Origin: Chloroflexota bacterium
GTDB taxonomy: Bacteria > Chloroflexota > Anaerolineae > UBA7937
DNA: 35,334 nucleotides
Assembly (NCBI GenBank): GCA_003453555.1
Contig: DMLA01000018.1
Span: 1 to 35,334, forward strand
Reading direction: 5' to 3'
The first letter of the stretch is position 1; every line of letters begins with the position of its first letter. Below the pieces are notes generated by a model. The model saw only the letters and a list, made by a program, of their open reading frames with translations, did no database searches and was not told the origin of the DNA. Positions 9,375-16,329 of this stretch are shown here, piece by piece. A program made the translations under genes and the position numbers.

Positions 9375-10277
9375 ATGGAGATTGAACATAAGTTAGGCGG
9401 CACACAAGTGGAATATGGCTATATTTGGTGGAAGACAAAGGAGAATGACAAATACAGACAAATCCTTCCTGAGGGGGATTTTACTGTAGATTTGCAGGGC
9501 CAAAAAATCGCTGGGAGAAAGGTTGACTGGAAACAGGGCCGAGTTTACATCGGGAAGAAACCTATGCAGGAATTGTTTCAGAAAGACGATGTCGTTATTA
9601 TTTCAAAGTCTTCTGATGGAAAAGCAGTAATTGTTAGAAAAAAGGAGGGTTATGAGCCCCCACCACCAGATTTAGTTTCTAAGCTACGGGATTCACAACG
9701 AAATACTGATGACCCTACTTCATTTGAAAAAGCGTTAGTCGAGGCTTTCCAATACCTGGGTTTTTCTGCTGAGCATATAGGCGGAAGAGATGAGCCTGAT
9801 ATTCTTATCAATGACGACTTCAAGATAATTCTTGATTCCAAGACTACAAAGGAAGGGGTGATAACCGAGAGATATATTAATTTCAATGCCCTGGATAGAT
9901 ATAAGGAAAAGTATAAAGCAAATCATCTTGGCGTAGTGGCTCCAGGGTTCTCAGAAGGCTATGTCAGAGAAACAGCCAAAAAACGAGGAGTAATCCTTAT
10001 CGAGACCGAAGCAATTTGTAAGCTTTTGGAGAATCACGCAGTCTATCCTTATGAGCCAACCCGAGTTGTTGAGATTTTGTTCAAATCTAGCAAGTGGGTT
10101 ATTAGCACAATGGATATCCCACCATCCACTATTGACCAAGAAAGATTAATAGAAATTACAGCCAAAATTCTTTCAGACATAAGGTCAACGGGCAAGCAAT
10201 CCTTTACCAGTCGAGAACTGCATATTGCATACCAGTGGCAAGGACTTAACTACGAGGTTGATGACATAGAAAATTAG
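9375..10277 (+). pseudogene. 5' fragment (300 codons) of an IS-split gene: N-terminal small beta-barrel-like domain plus FokI-like PD-(D/E)xK nuclease core
   Basis: A+T-rich codon usage unlike the flanks. Residues 118-215 (FEKALVEAFQYLGFSAEHIGGRDEPD...IILDSKTTKEG...RYKEKY...VILIETEAICKLLE) parallel the FokI cleavage domain as I remember it (EFFMKVYGYRGKHLGGSRKPD...VIVDTKAYSGG...RYVEEN). The terminating TAG (10275-10277) is the first three bases of the IS inverted repeat. Confidence 0.7.
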
Positions 10278-10303
10278 GAAATATTTCCGGTTGCCGGTGG
10301 TGA
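10275..10303. repeat. Left terminal inverted repeat of the IS-like element
   Basis: TAGGAAATATTTCCGGTTGCCGGTGGTGA. Contains the perfect 12-bp palindrome GGAAATATTTCC (10277-10288). Confidence 0.75.
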
Positions 10304-10367
10304 GGTGCCAAAGCCGTAGTAGGGGCTGTGGATTTGTGGGGAACACGGAGAGTCGTCCACATATCCA

Positions 10368-11177
10368 TCAGCTTTCCTCTTGGGCAGCAAGGGCCAGATC
10401 GGGATGGAACTCAAGCACGATCTCGTGGTATTGTAGCACAGTCCATAGACCCCGCCCAATGGCATGGCTGATTTCGGTGACATTCAGCCCCTTACCCAAC
10501 AGTACCTTTACACGTTCATAGTCCTTGAGGTAGCGGTCTACCGCTGCCAAGCTGTGGCCGGTGCTGCGAGCGATCTCCGGAGGGCTAACCCCTTTCTCAT
10601 ACAAGCGCACCATGACCCCCTTGTGGGTCGGATTGCTGCCCTGGTCGAGGACGTAGCCCTTGAGCGGCAATACCTCACCGGTTCGCTCGAAGTGGTCCAG
10701 GATGCACCGGCGCACCGTGCTCATGGAACGGTTGATCAGGATGGAGAGGTCAGCCAGGGAGAGGAGGAGTCGCCCCCCGGGGTTGTCCAGGCCCCCTTTC
10801 ACCAGGCGGACCACACGGCGGATGTCCCGTTCGTGCCCCCAGACGCGGGCGTGTTTGCCCTTGGGGCAACCCTGGGCCAACTCGGCGATATCCTCGGCAG
10901 TGATCAAGGGCAGCACTGCGGTGACAGTAGGCTCATCCTCCGCGCGTCGCCCGGCCCGTGGTTTGCGTCCTTCGTCCAATGTCCCTCGCCAGACGATGTG
11001 GCCCGGAGGCACCAGGTCGCCATCCCGGTAGTACTCCCTGTGCAGGTCAGCGATGTCATCGGCGATCATCTGGATCACCCTGTGGCTGCCCACCAACTTG
11101 TACTCCTTCTCCAACAGGTGGATGATGGCCTGCCGGAAAGTGCGCTGGGTGGCCGCGTGGTAGTGATTCCTGCTCAT
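10368..11177 (-). CDS. IS-borne ORF B: multi-HTH protein, paralog of ORF A
   Basis: 269 aa from ATG 11177 (MSRNHYHAATQ...). ATGA overlap with the ORF A stop. Aligns with ORF A over its full length (SLADLSILINRSMSTVRRCI, SPPEIARSTGHSLAAVDRYL, VTEISHAIGRGLWTVLQY). The upstream 93 codons in the track lie inside ORF A. Confidence 0.75.
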   Translation of the reverse strand: MSRNHYHAATQRTFRQAIIHLLEKEYKLVGSHRVIQMIADDIADLHREYYRDGDLVPPGHIVWRGTLDEGRKPRAGRRAEDEPTVTAVLPLITAEDIAELAQGCPKGKHARVWGHERDIRRVVRLVKGGLDNPGGRLLLSLADLSILINRSMSTVRRCILDHFERTGEVLPLKGYVLDQGSNPTHKGVMVRLYEKGVSPPEIARSTGHSLAAVDRYLKDYERVKVLLGKGLNVTEISHAIGRGLWTVLQYHEIVLEFHPDLALAAQEES

Positions 11178-12001
11178 CACACCCCCCTTTTTGGCACCGC
11201 AACCCAGTGTTGGGTGCCGGCGCTGACCATCTGAACCATCTCTGCCAGCCGATCTTGATACTCTGGGATGTCGTAGCGCCAGTAAAGCTCCAGGTACTCC
11301 TGAGTCAGCCGCTCGGAGATGGCCACGGCGTAAGCGATCCCCCTCACCTTCAGGCCCTTGCGCCTCAACATCACCACCCGACCAAAGGTCTGGAGGTAGC
11401 GCTTGATGGCGTAAGCGGAGTGGCGGGTGCGCTGCATGATCTCGGTGTAAGTGCAACGCTTGAGGTACAGCTCCACGATGAGCACTTTGTGGCTCTGCCC
11501 ACGGCCCACCCCCCGCAGCTTGCCGCGTGTAGCCACCCGGTAGCCTTCTGCTTCAAGGAGAGCAATGTCTGAGCGGACGGTGCGCGCAGACACGCCCAGG
11601 GCCTTGGCTAGGTCTTCTTGCGTCGGCTCGCCTCCCTGCTCCAGGGCCTCGTCAACCAGACGCAGAATGCGCACCCGGCGCAAGGCGATATGGTTGTGCC
11701 TTCTGAGCACGGCCAGGTCCTCCTCGCCTGCATCGAGCGTCCAGGTCACCTCTACCATATCCGTCTGGTGCAGAGGACGGCCGTGAGGCGCACCGGCTGC
11801 GGCAATTACTTGACGAATCTGTCCGGGCCGTAGGCGGCCGGATGGATCACCAGAAACGGCATGGAGGCTGAAGACTTCCTTGGCTAACTCCAGAATGCCT
11901 TCCGAGACCCGGGGAGCCAGCTCAAATCCAGTCTCGAGCTCGTGACGAAACCGTTGATCCAGTGTCTTGACCGCCAGACGGTCAATTGCAGTACGTACCA
12001 T
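11177..12001 (-). CDS. IS-borne ORF A: multi-HTH protein, paralog of ORF B (possibly DUF1670-like, unverified)
   Basis: 274 aa from ATG 12001, which has AGGAGG 6 nt upstream. The track start 12028 lacks an RBS. HTH-like segments TQEDLAKALGVSARTVRSDI, TYTEIMQRTRHSAYAIKRYL, VRGIAYAVAISERLTQEYL. Confidence 0.75.
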   Translation of the reverse strand: MVRTAIDRLAVKTLDQRFRHELETGFELAPRVSEGILELAKEVFSLHAVSGDPSGRLRPGQIRQVIAAAGAPHGRPLHQTDMVEVTWTLDAGEEDLAVLRRHNHIALRRVRILRLVDEALEQGGEPTQEDLAKALGVSARTVRSDIALLEAEGYRVATRGKLRGVGRGQSHKVLIVELYLKRCTYTEIMQRTRHSAYAIKRYLQTFGRVVMLRRKGLKVRGIAYAVAISERLTQEYLELYWRYDIPEYQDRLAEMVQMVSAGTQHWVAVPKRGV

Positions 12002-12037
12002 AGCATGCCTCCTGTGGTGAGGTACCATTCGCCGAAG

Positions 12038-12066
12038 AGTCTACCTCAATCGGCATCCTTATCCAA
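12038..12066 (-). promoter_or_regulatory. Candidate internal promoter of the IS-like element
   Basis: On the minus strand: TTGGAT (12066-12061), 17-nt spacer, TAGACT (12043-12038). It lies just inside IR-R, about 36 nt upstream of the ORF A ATG. Confidence 0.3.
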
Positions 12067-12071
12067 CCCCA

Positions 12072-12099
12072 TCACCTCGGCATGCGGAAAAATTTCCTA
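12072..12099. repeat. Right terminal inverted repeat of the IS-like element
   Basis: Reverse complement reads TAGGAAATTTTTCCGCATGCCGAGGTGA. About 24 positions match IR-L, with one indel. Contains the near-palindrome GGAAAAATTTCC. Confidence 0.75.
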
Positions 12100-12258
12100 A
12101 ATGTAAATGCTTTAGAGTTTTTGTCAACCACACCATTCAGTATTATCACAAAAGAAGAGAACAAGTATTTTGTTTCAGATGATATAGATACTGTACTAAA
12201 GAAAATAGGGTTGCTTCTTCAAGCATTCAACAGGATCAGGGGTGCAGAACTTCACTAA
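12100..12258 (+). pseudogene. 3' fragment (51 codons plus stop) of the IS-split nuclease gene
   Basis: After the duplicated AAT, 12103-12258 reads VNALEFLSTTPFSIITKEENKYFVSDDIDTVLKKIGLLLQAFNRIRGAELH*, in phase with 9375-10274. The other two forward frames hit stops at about 12104 and about 12180. Same A+T-rich codon style. Confidence 0.6.
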
Positions 12259-12286
12259 ACACGCAAAGCGTTATACCAGCCACATA

Positions 12287-12316
12287 AGTAGGGCGGGTTT
12301 CTATACCTGCCCTACT
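12287..12316. terminator. Hairpin between the islet gene and rsmG (possible terminator)
   Basis: AGTAGGGC (12287-12294) pairs with GCCCTACT (12309-12316), 14-nt loop, followed by CTTTGCTT. Confidence 0.3.
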
Positions 12317-12325
12317 CTTTGCTTC

Positions 12326-13045
12326 CTAAACTAGCGGCCGCTTGGCCGGCACCCCTGGCCGGCGGGGGTATTTTTCAGGGGTGGGAGCCACCTTCTCCAC
12401 CACTACCAGGTTCCGCCAGCCCATAGAGAACGGCAACTCTAAACCCCTCACCTCTCGCAAGCGCCCCCCCAAGACCCTGAGAGCCACCTGAGAGGTCTCC
12501 AACTCCTCTTCAATATCTGGCCCCTTCTGAGCCAAGAAGATCCCCCCTATCCGGCAAAGGGGCAGGGCGTACTCTAGAAGCACGGGCAGGGTGGCCACGG
12601 CCCGGGCTAATACCAGATCGTACCCCTCTCGGTGTCCGGGCTGACGACCCACTTCCTCGGCTCGCCCCCTTATGATCGCCACCCCCGGCAGTTCCAATCT
12701 TTCCACGAGGTATTGCAAGAACTGCACCCTCTTCTTCTTAGCCTCAAGAAGTGTCAGTTCCATCTGGGGCCGGGCTATCTTCAAGGGGAGGCCGGGGAAG
12801 CCGGCCCCGGCCCCGATATCGAGGTATCGCCATCGCTCTGCGGGCAACCCCGCTAAAACCAGGTGGCAGGAGAGGGAGTCCAAGAAATGCTTAATCTGCA
12901 CCTCTTGGTAGTCGGTGATAGCGGTGAGGTTGGCCCGCTCGTTCCAGGCGATCAGTTCCTCATAATAGGTCTGGAAGGCGGCCAACATGTCCGAGGTGAG
13001 GCCCAGCCCCCACCGGCGGGCTCCTTCCTCCAAAAGTTCCATCAT
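12326..13045 (-). CDS. rsmG: 16S rRNA (guanine527-N7)-methyltransferase RsmG/GidB
   Basis: 239 aa with WNERANLTAI, HFLDSL, DIGAGAGFPGLPLKI motifs. Confidence 0.9.
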   Translation of the reverse strand: MMELLEEGARRWGLGLTSDMLAAFQTYYEELIAWNERANLTAITDYQEVQIKHFLDSLSCHLVLAGLPAERWRYLDIGAGAGFPGLPLKIARPQMELTLLEAKKKRVQFLQYLVERLELPGVAIIRGRAEEVGRQPGHREGYDLVLARAVATLPVLLEYALPLCRIGGIFLAQKGPDIEEELETSQVALRVLGGRLREVRGLELPFSMGWRNLVVVEKVAPTPEKYPRRPGVPAKRPLV

Positions 13046-13130
13046 CTAATAATTATACCCCGACTTCATGCGAAGAGCGACCTATTGTGCTATAATGGGT
13101 TTAGCGTTCTTCTCGATGGAAGGAGCCTAT

Positions 13131-14408
13131 ATGTCTAAGGTCGCTGGTCATGGGATCTGTTTCTCCGTTGTGGCCTCCCTTATCCTGATGGCGCTTTTGG
13201 GGTGCGCCGTGGCCGAAACCCCCACGCCTCCAGCCAGCCTCACGCCTTCCCCTACGGTCGCCAAGAGCCCTACGCCTTCGCCCTCCCCCTATGCCCCTCC
13301 CTCGACTATCACCCTCTGGACTACGGAAGCCTTCCTTCCCTCCCCTGATACCTCCACCGGAGAGGTGATGGAGGGGATATATCAAGGTTTCCGGGAAGAG
13401 CATCCCGATATCGCCGTCCAGTTCGTGCCTAAGCGGCCTTACGGGAAAGGGGGCATCCTGGATTTCCTCCTCACGGCCAGCGCCGTGGCCCCCCAGACCC
13501 TCCCTGACCTGGTGACCATCGACCTCTCCCAAGTGGAGTTCTTACTGGGGAAGGAGATCCTCCAGCCCTGGGATGGGCTCATCCCCCAGGAACTGGCCGA
13601 CGATCTCCTCCCCCGCATCCGCCAGGCGGGCAGCAAAGAGGGCCAACTCGTAGCCTTTCCCTTTCAAGTAGATATAGAACACCTGGTCTATAACCCCTCC
13701 CTTATAGATAGCCCGCCCCGCACCTGGGATGAGTTGCAGAGCCAGGAGACCACCTACGTTTTCCCTGCCGGAGGTGAGGAGGGCGTCAATTCCTTCCTCA
13801 TCCACTATCTGGCTTTGGGCGGCTCCCTGGTGGATGAGGAGGGGAACCCTGATTTAGATGAGGCCGTTCTAACCCAGGTGCTGGAGTTTTACAGAGAGGG
13901 ATATGAAGCAGGGTATATCTCTCCTTCCGTCTTGGACCTGAAGAGCCTCGATGACTCCTGGGCTCTCTTCAAGGAGGGTGGGGTGGCCATGGCGAACGTC
14001 AGCTCCCAACACCTCCTCATGGAGGGGGCCGGGCAAGCCTACGCTCCTCTACCCACCAAGAACGGGGCTCAAGCCACCATGGCCCGGTGTTGGGCCTTCG
14101 TGCTCTTAACTCCCGATCCCCGCCGCCAAGCGCCAGCGGCGGAGTTCGTCGAATGGTTCTTGACCCCGGAGAACCTGACCGCTTGGGCTCAGGCCAGTGG
14201 TCATCTACCCCCCAGCCGTTCGGCCCTCCGCCTGGCGATAGAGGATACCGGATACCGGCTCTTTGCGCGGCGTCAAATGGAAGCGGCCTATCTCCGCCCT
14301 TTGAACGCGGAGATAGCCGCCGCTCTCCAGCAGGCGGTAGTAGATGTTTTGAGCGGCAACGCTACCCCCCAAGAGGCAACCGACCAAGTTATTCAAACCT
14401 TACACTAA
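13131..14408 (+). CDS. ABC transporter solute-binding lipoprotein (family 1, sugar-type), orphan
   Basis: Started at ATG 13131 (RBS GGAGcctat). TGcTATAAT extended -10 at 13088-13096 lies downstream of the track start 13068. Lipobox LLGC, then a P/S/T-rich linker. No permease or ATPase genes adjacent. Confidence 0.82.
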   Translation: MSKVAGHGICFSVVASLILMALLGCAVAETPTPPASLTPSPTVAKSPTPSPSPYAPPSTITLWTTEAFLPSPDTSTGEVMEGIYQGFREEHPDIAVQFVPKRPYGKGGILDFLLTASAVAPQTLPDLVTIDLSQVEFLLGKEILQPWDGLIPQELADDLLPRIRQAGSKEGQLVAFPFQVDIEHLVYNPSLIDSPPRTWDELQSQETTYVFPAGGEEGVNSFLIHYLALGGSLVDEEGNPDLDEAVLTQVLEFYREGYEAGYISPSVLDLKSLDDSWALFKEGGVAMANVSSQHLLMEGAGQAYAPLPTKNGAQATMARCWAFVLLTPDPRRQAPAAEFVEWFLTPENLTAWAQASGHLPPSRSALRLAIEDTGYRLFARRQMEAAYLRPLNAEIAAALQQAVVDVLSGNATPQEATDQVIQTLH

Positions 14409-14443
14409 AACAGGGGACGGAGCGATCGCTCCGTCCCCTGTTT
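14408..14443. terminator. Bidirectional rho-independent terminator
   Basis: Perfect 30-bp palindrome CAGGGGACGGAGCGATCGCTCCGTCCCCTG (14411-14440), flanked by AAA and TTT, between the convergent SBP gene and hsp20. Confidence 0.7.
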
Positions 14444-14456
14444 GTAACTCCAGGGC

Positions 14457-14900
14457 TTACTTGCTCTTCACCTTGATGACCTTGGGCTTCGCTTCCTCGG
14501 CCTTGGGGATGGTGAGGGTGAGGAGACCGTGCTCGAAGGTGGCTTCGGCCTTCTCCCCTTGCACTCCGCTAGGTAGGGTTATCGAACGGGAGAAACGGCC
14601 GTATCGCCGCTCACGACGGATATAGTCCTTCTCCTCCACTTTCTCCTCGGCCTTGGTCTCGCCAGCGATGGTAAGGGTATTGCCGGCGATGGTGATGTCG
14701 ATATCCTCCGGCTTGACACCAGGGACTGCGGTCTTCACCACCACGTTGTCGGGCGTCTCATACAGATCGATGGCCAAGGTCTCCTCGGTGGGCAAGAGCC
14801 ACCCTGTGCGGGGCCGAACCCAACTCTCCTCGAAGAGCCGGTCCATAGCCTCCCGCAAGGAAATCAAATCCCTAAAGGGTTCCCAACGAGTGATGCTCAT
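14457..14900 (-). CDS. Small heat shock protein (Hsp20/alpha-crystallin family)
   Basis: 147 aa. W.PF..L N-terminus, alpha-crystallin core (DLYETPDNVVVKTAVPGVKPEDIDI...), GLLTLTIPK. Confidence 0.92.
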   Translation of the reverse strand: MSITRWEPFRDLISLREAMDRLFEESWVRPRTGWLLPTEETLAIDLYETPDNVVVKTAVPGVKPEDIDITIAGNTLTIAGETKAEEKVEEKDYIRRERRYGRFSRSITLPSGVQGEKAEATFEHGLLTLTIPKAEEAKPKVIKVKSK

Positions 14901-14936
14901 GGCTACACCTCCTCCTAAAGGTTTTTCTCGACCATT

Positions 14937-14965
14937 ATTATACCAACTTTAGCCCCATTTGTCAA
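14937..14965 (-). promoter_or_regulatory. hsp20 promoter with full consensus hexamers
   Basis: On the minus strand: TTGACA (14965-14960), 17-nt spacer, TATAAT (14942-14937). Confidence 0.6.
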
Positions 14966-14993
14966 GTCTTATAATACTCGCTTGGCAAGATAG

Positions 14994-15022
14994 TTGACAA
15001 AATTGCACCAAGATGTTATAAT
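14994..15022 (+). promoter_or_regulatory. cbpA-hspR-clpB operon promoter with full consensus hexamers
   Basis: TTGACA (14994-14999), 17-nt spacer, TATAAT (15017-15022). Confidence 0.6.
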
Positions 15023-15050
15023 ATCTATAAAGTGAGGGCCGTTGACCGAT

Positions 15051-15965
15051 ATGGAGTACAAAGATTACTACCAGATCCTGGGGGTCGATAGGAACGCTGA
15101 CCAGAAGGAGATAAGGAAGGCTTATCGTCGGCTGGCCCGCCAGTACCACCCTGATGTGAACCCTGGAGACCCCTCGGCCCAGGAGAGGTTCAAGGAGATA
15201 AACGAGGCTTACGAGGTCCTCTCCGACCCTGAAAAGCGTCAGAAGTACGATCAGTTGGGTACCAGTTGGCGCCAGTGGCAGAGGATGGGGGGAGACCCCT
15301 CGGGCTTCGACTGGGGACAGTGGTTCACGGGGCAGCCAGGGCAGGTCTATGTACAATATGGCGACTTAGATGAGATCCTGGGTGGTCTGGGCGGCTTCTC
15401 CGATTTCTTTCAGGCTATCTTCGGAGGTACGTCAAAGAGTTCCTGGCGCACCGCTTCCCGTCGAGGCCGGGACTACGAACAAGAGGTGGAGATCACCCTA
15501 GAGGAAGCGTTCCGAGGCACTACGAAGATCCTCTCCAAGAATGGTCGCCGTTTGGAGGTGAAGATCCCGCCGGGCGTGGGGACCGGCTCCCGAATACGTA
15601 TAGCCGGGGAAGGGGGCGATGGCTACGGTGGGGCCAAGGGGGATCTCTATCTAAGGGTTAAGGTGGCTCCCCATCCCCGCTTCAGACGAGAGGGCGATGA
15701 TCTCCATGTGGAGGTTCCTTTGGATCTCTATACCGCCGTTTTGGGAGGGGAAGTGAGAGTGCCTACCTTGAAAGGCGATATCATGTTGAAGATTCCCCCA
15801 GGGACCCAAAACGGCAAGGCCTTCCGTCTCAAGGGGCAGGGGATGCCTACTCTGAAGGATCCTCAAAAGCGAGGGGATCTTTACGCCAAGGTGAAAGTGA
15901 GGCTGCCTCAGAAGTTGACCCCGCGGGAGCGGGAACTATTTGAAGAACTCAACAGGTTGCGTTAA
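15051..15965 (+). CDS. cbpA: DnaJ-class co-chaperone without zinc-finger domain (CbpA-like)
   Basis: J domain DYYQILGV...YHPD. G/F-rich linker. No CxxCxGxG repeats. I prefer ATG 15051, because the track TTG start 15042 sits only about 20 nt after the -10 box. Confidence 0.82.
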   Translation: MEYKDYYQILGVDRNADQKEIRKAYRRLARQYHPDVNPGDPSAQERFKEINEAYEVLSDPEKRQKYDQLGTSWRQWQRMGGDPSGFDWGQWFTGQPGQVYVQYGDLDEILGGLGGFSDFFQAIFGGTSKSSWRTASRRGRDYEQEVEITLEEAFRGTTKILSKNGRRLEVKIPPGVGTGSRIRIAGEGGDGYGGAKGDLYLRVKVAPHPRFRREGDDLHVEVPLDLYTAVLGGEVRVPTLKGDIMLKIPPGTQNGKAFRLKGQGMPTLKDPQKRGDLYAKVKVRLPQKLTPRERELFEELNRLR

Positions 15966-15970
15966 GAGAG

Positions 15971-16327
15971 GTGAGTCGAATGGTCCAACGTCTACCAAAA
16001 GATGATGAGCCTTGTTACATAATCAGCGTGGCCGCCAGGATGGTGAGCCTACACCCTCAAACCCTGCGTTACTACGAGCGTTTGGGGCTGGTGCAACCCA
16101 CTCGTTCTGAGGGGAACCGTCGTCTCTATTCGCCTCGGGATATCGAGAGGTTGCGCCGCATCGCCCGCCTAACAGATGAACTGGGGGTTAACCTGGCCGG
16201 GGCAGAGGTGATCCTGAACATGGCTCGCAAGATGGAGAAGATGCGGGAAGAGATGGAAGAGATGGAGGAGGAGTTCCAGAAGGAGATAGAGAGGTTGCGC
16301 GCCCGATTGCAGGAGAGGGAGAGTTAA
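15971..16327 (+). CDS. hspR: MerR-family heat-shock regulator (HspR-like; a CbpM-like role is possible)
   Basis: Mer[30 protein letters not shown]...RLYS..DI.RL. Located between a cbpA-like gene and clpB. An alternative start is ATG 15980. Confidence 0.78.
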   Translation: MSRMVQRLPKDDEPCYIISVAARMVSLHPQTLRYYERLGLVQPTRSEGNRRLYSPRDIERLRRIARLTDELGVNLAGAEVILNMARKMEKMREEMEEMEEEFQKEIERLRARLQERES

Positions 16328-16329
16328 AG

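Larger units (their letters stand above)
10275..12099 (-). mobile_element. IS-like insertion element (about 1.8 kb) with imperfect terminal inverted repeats and AAT target duplication
   Basis: IR-L 10275-10303 versus the reverse complement of 12072-12099. AAT occurs at 10272-10274 and 12100-12102. G+C-rich element inside an A+T-rich gene. Excising 10275-12102 restores one continuous ORF. End positions are good to about 1 nt. Confidence 0.8.

Noticed and set aside
10464-11234. 256-aa plus-strand ORF inside the IS-like element
   Set aside because: It is antisense to IS ORF B. It has low-complexity composition and no RBS. The two minus-strand paralogs explain the coding signal.
13045-13057. Leaderless rsmG transcript (minus-strand TATAAT 13057-13052 ends 6 nt before the ATG at 13045)
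   Set aside because: No convincing -35 or extended -10 element accompanies it, so the hexamer alone is insufficient evidence.
14959-15012. Canonical HAIR (CTTGAGT-N7-ACTCAAG) or CIRCE element in the heat-shock intergenic region
   Set aside because: Neither consensus is present. Only a loosely related AAGT-N8-ACTC and the TTGnCAAG repeats are seen, so I report a variant operator as a hypothesis only.
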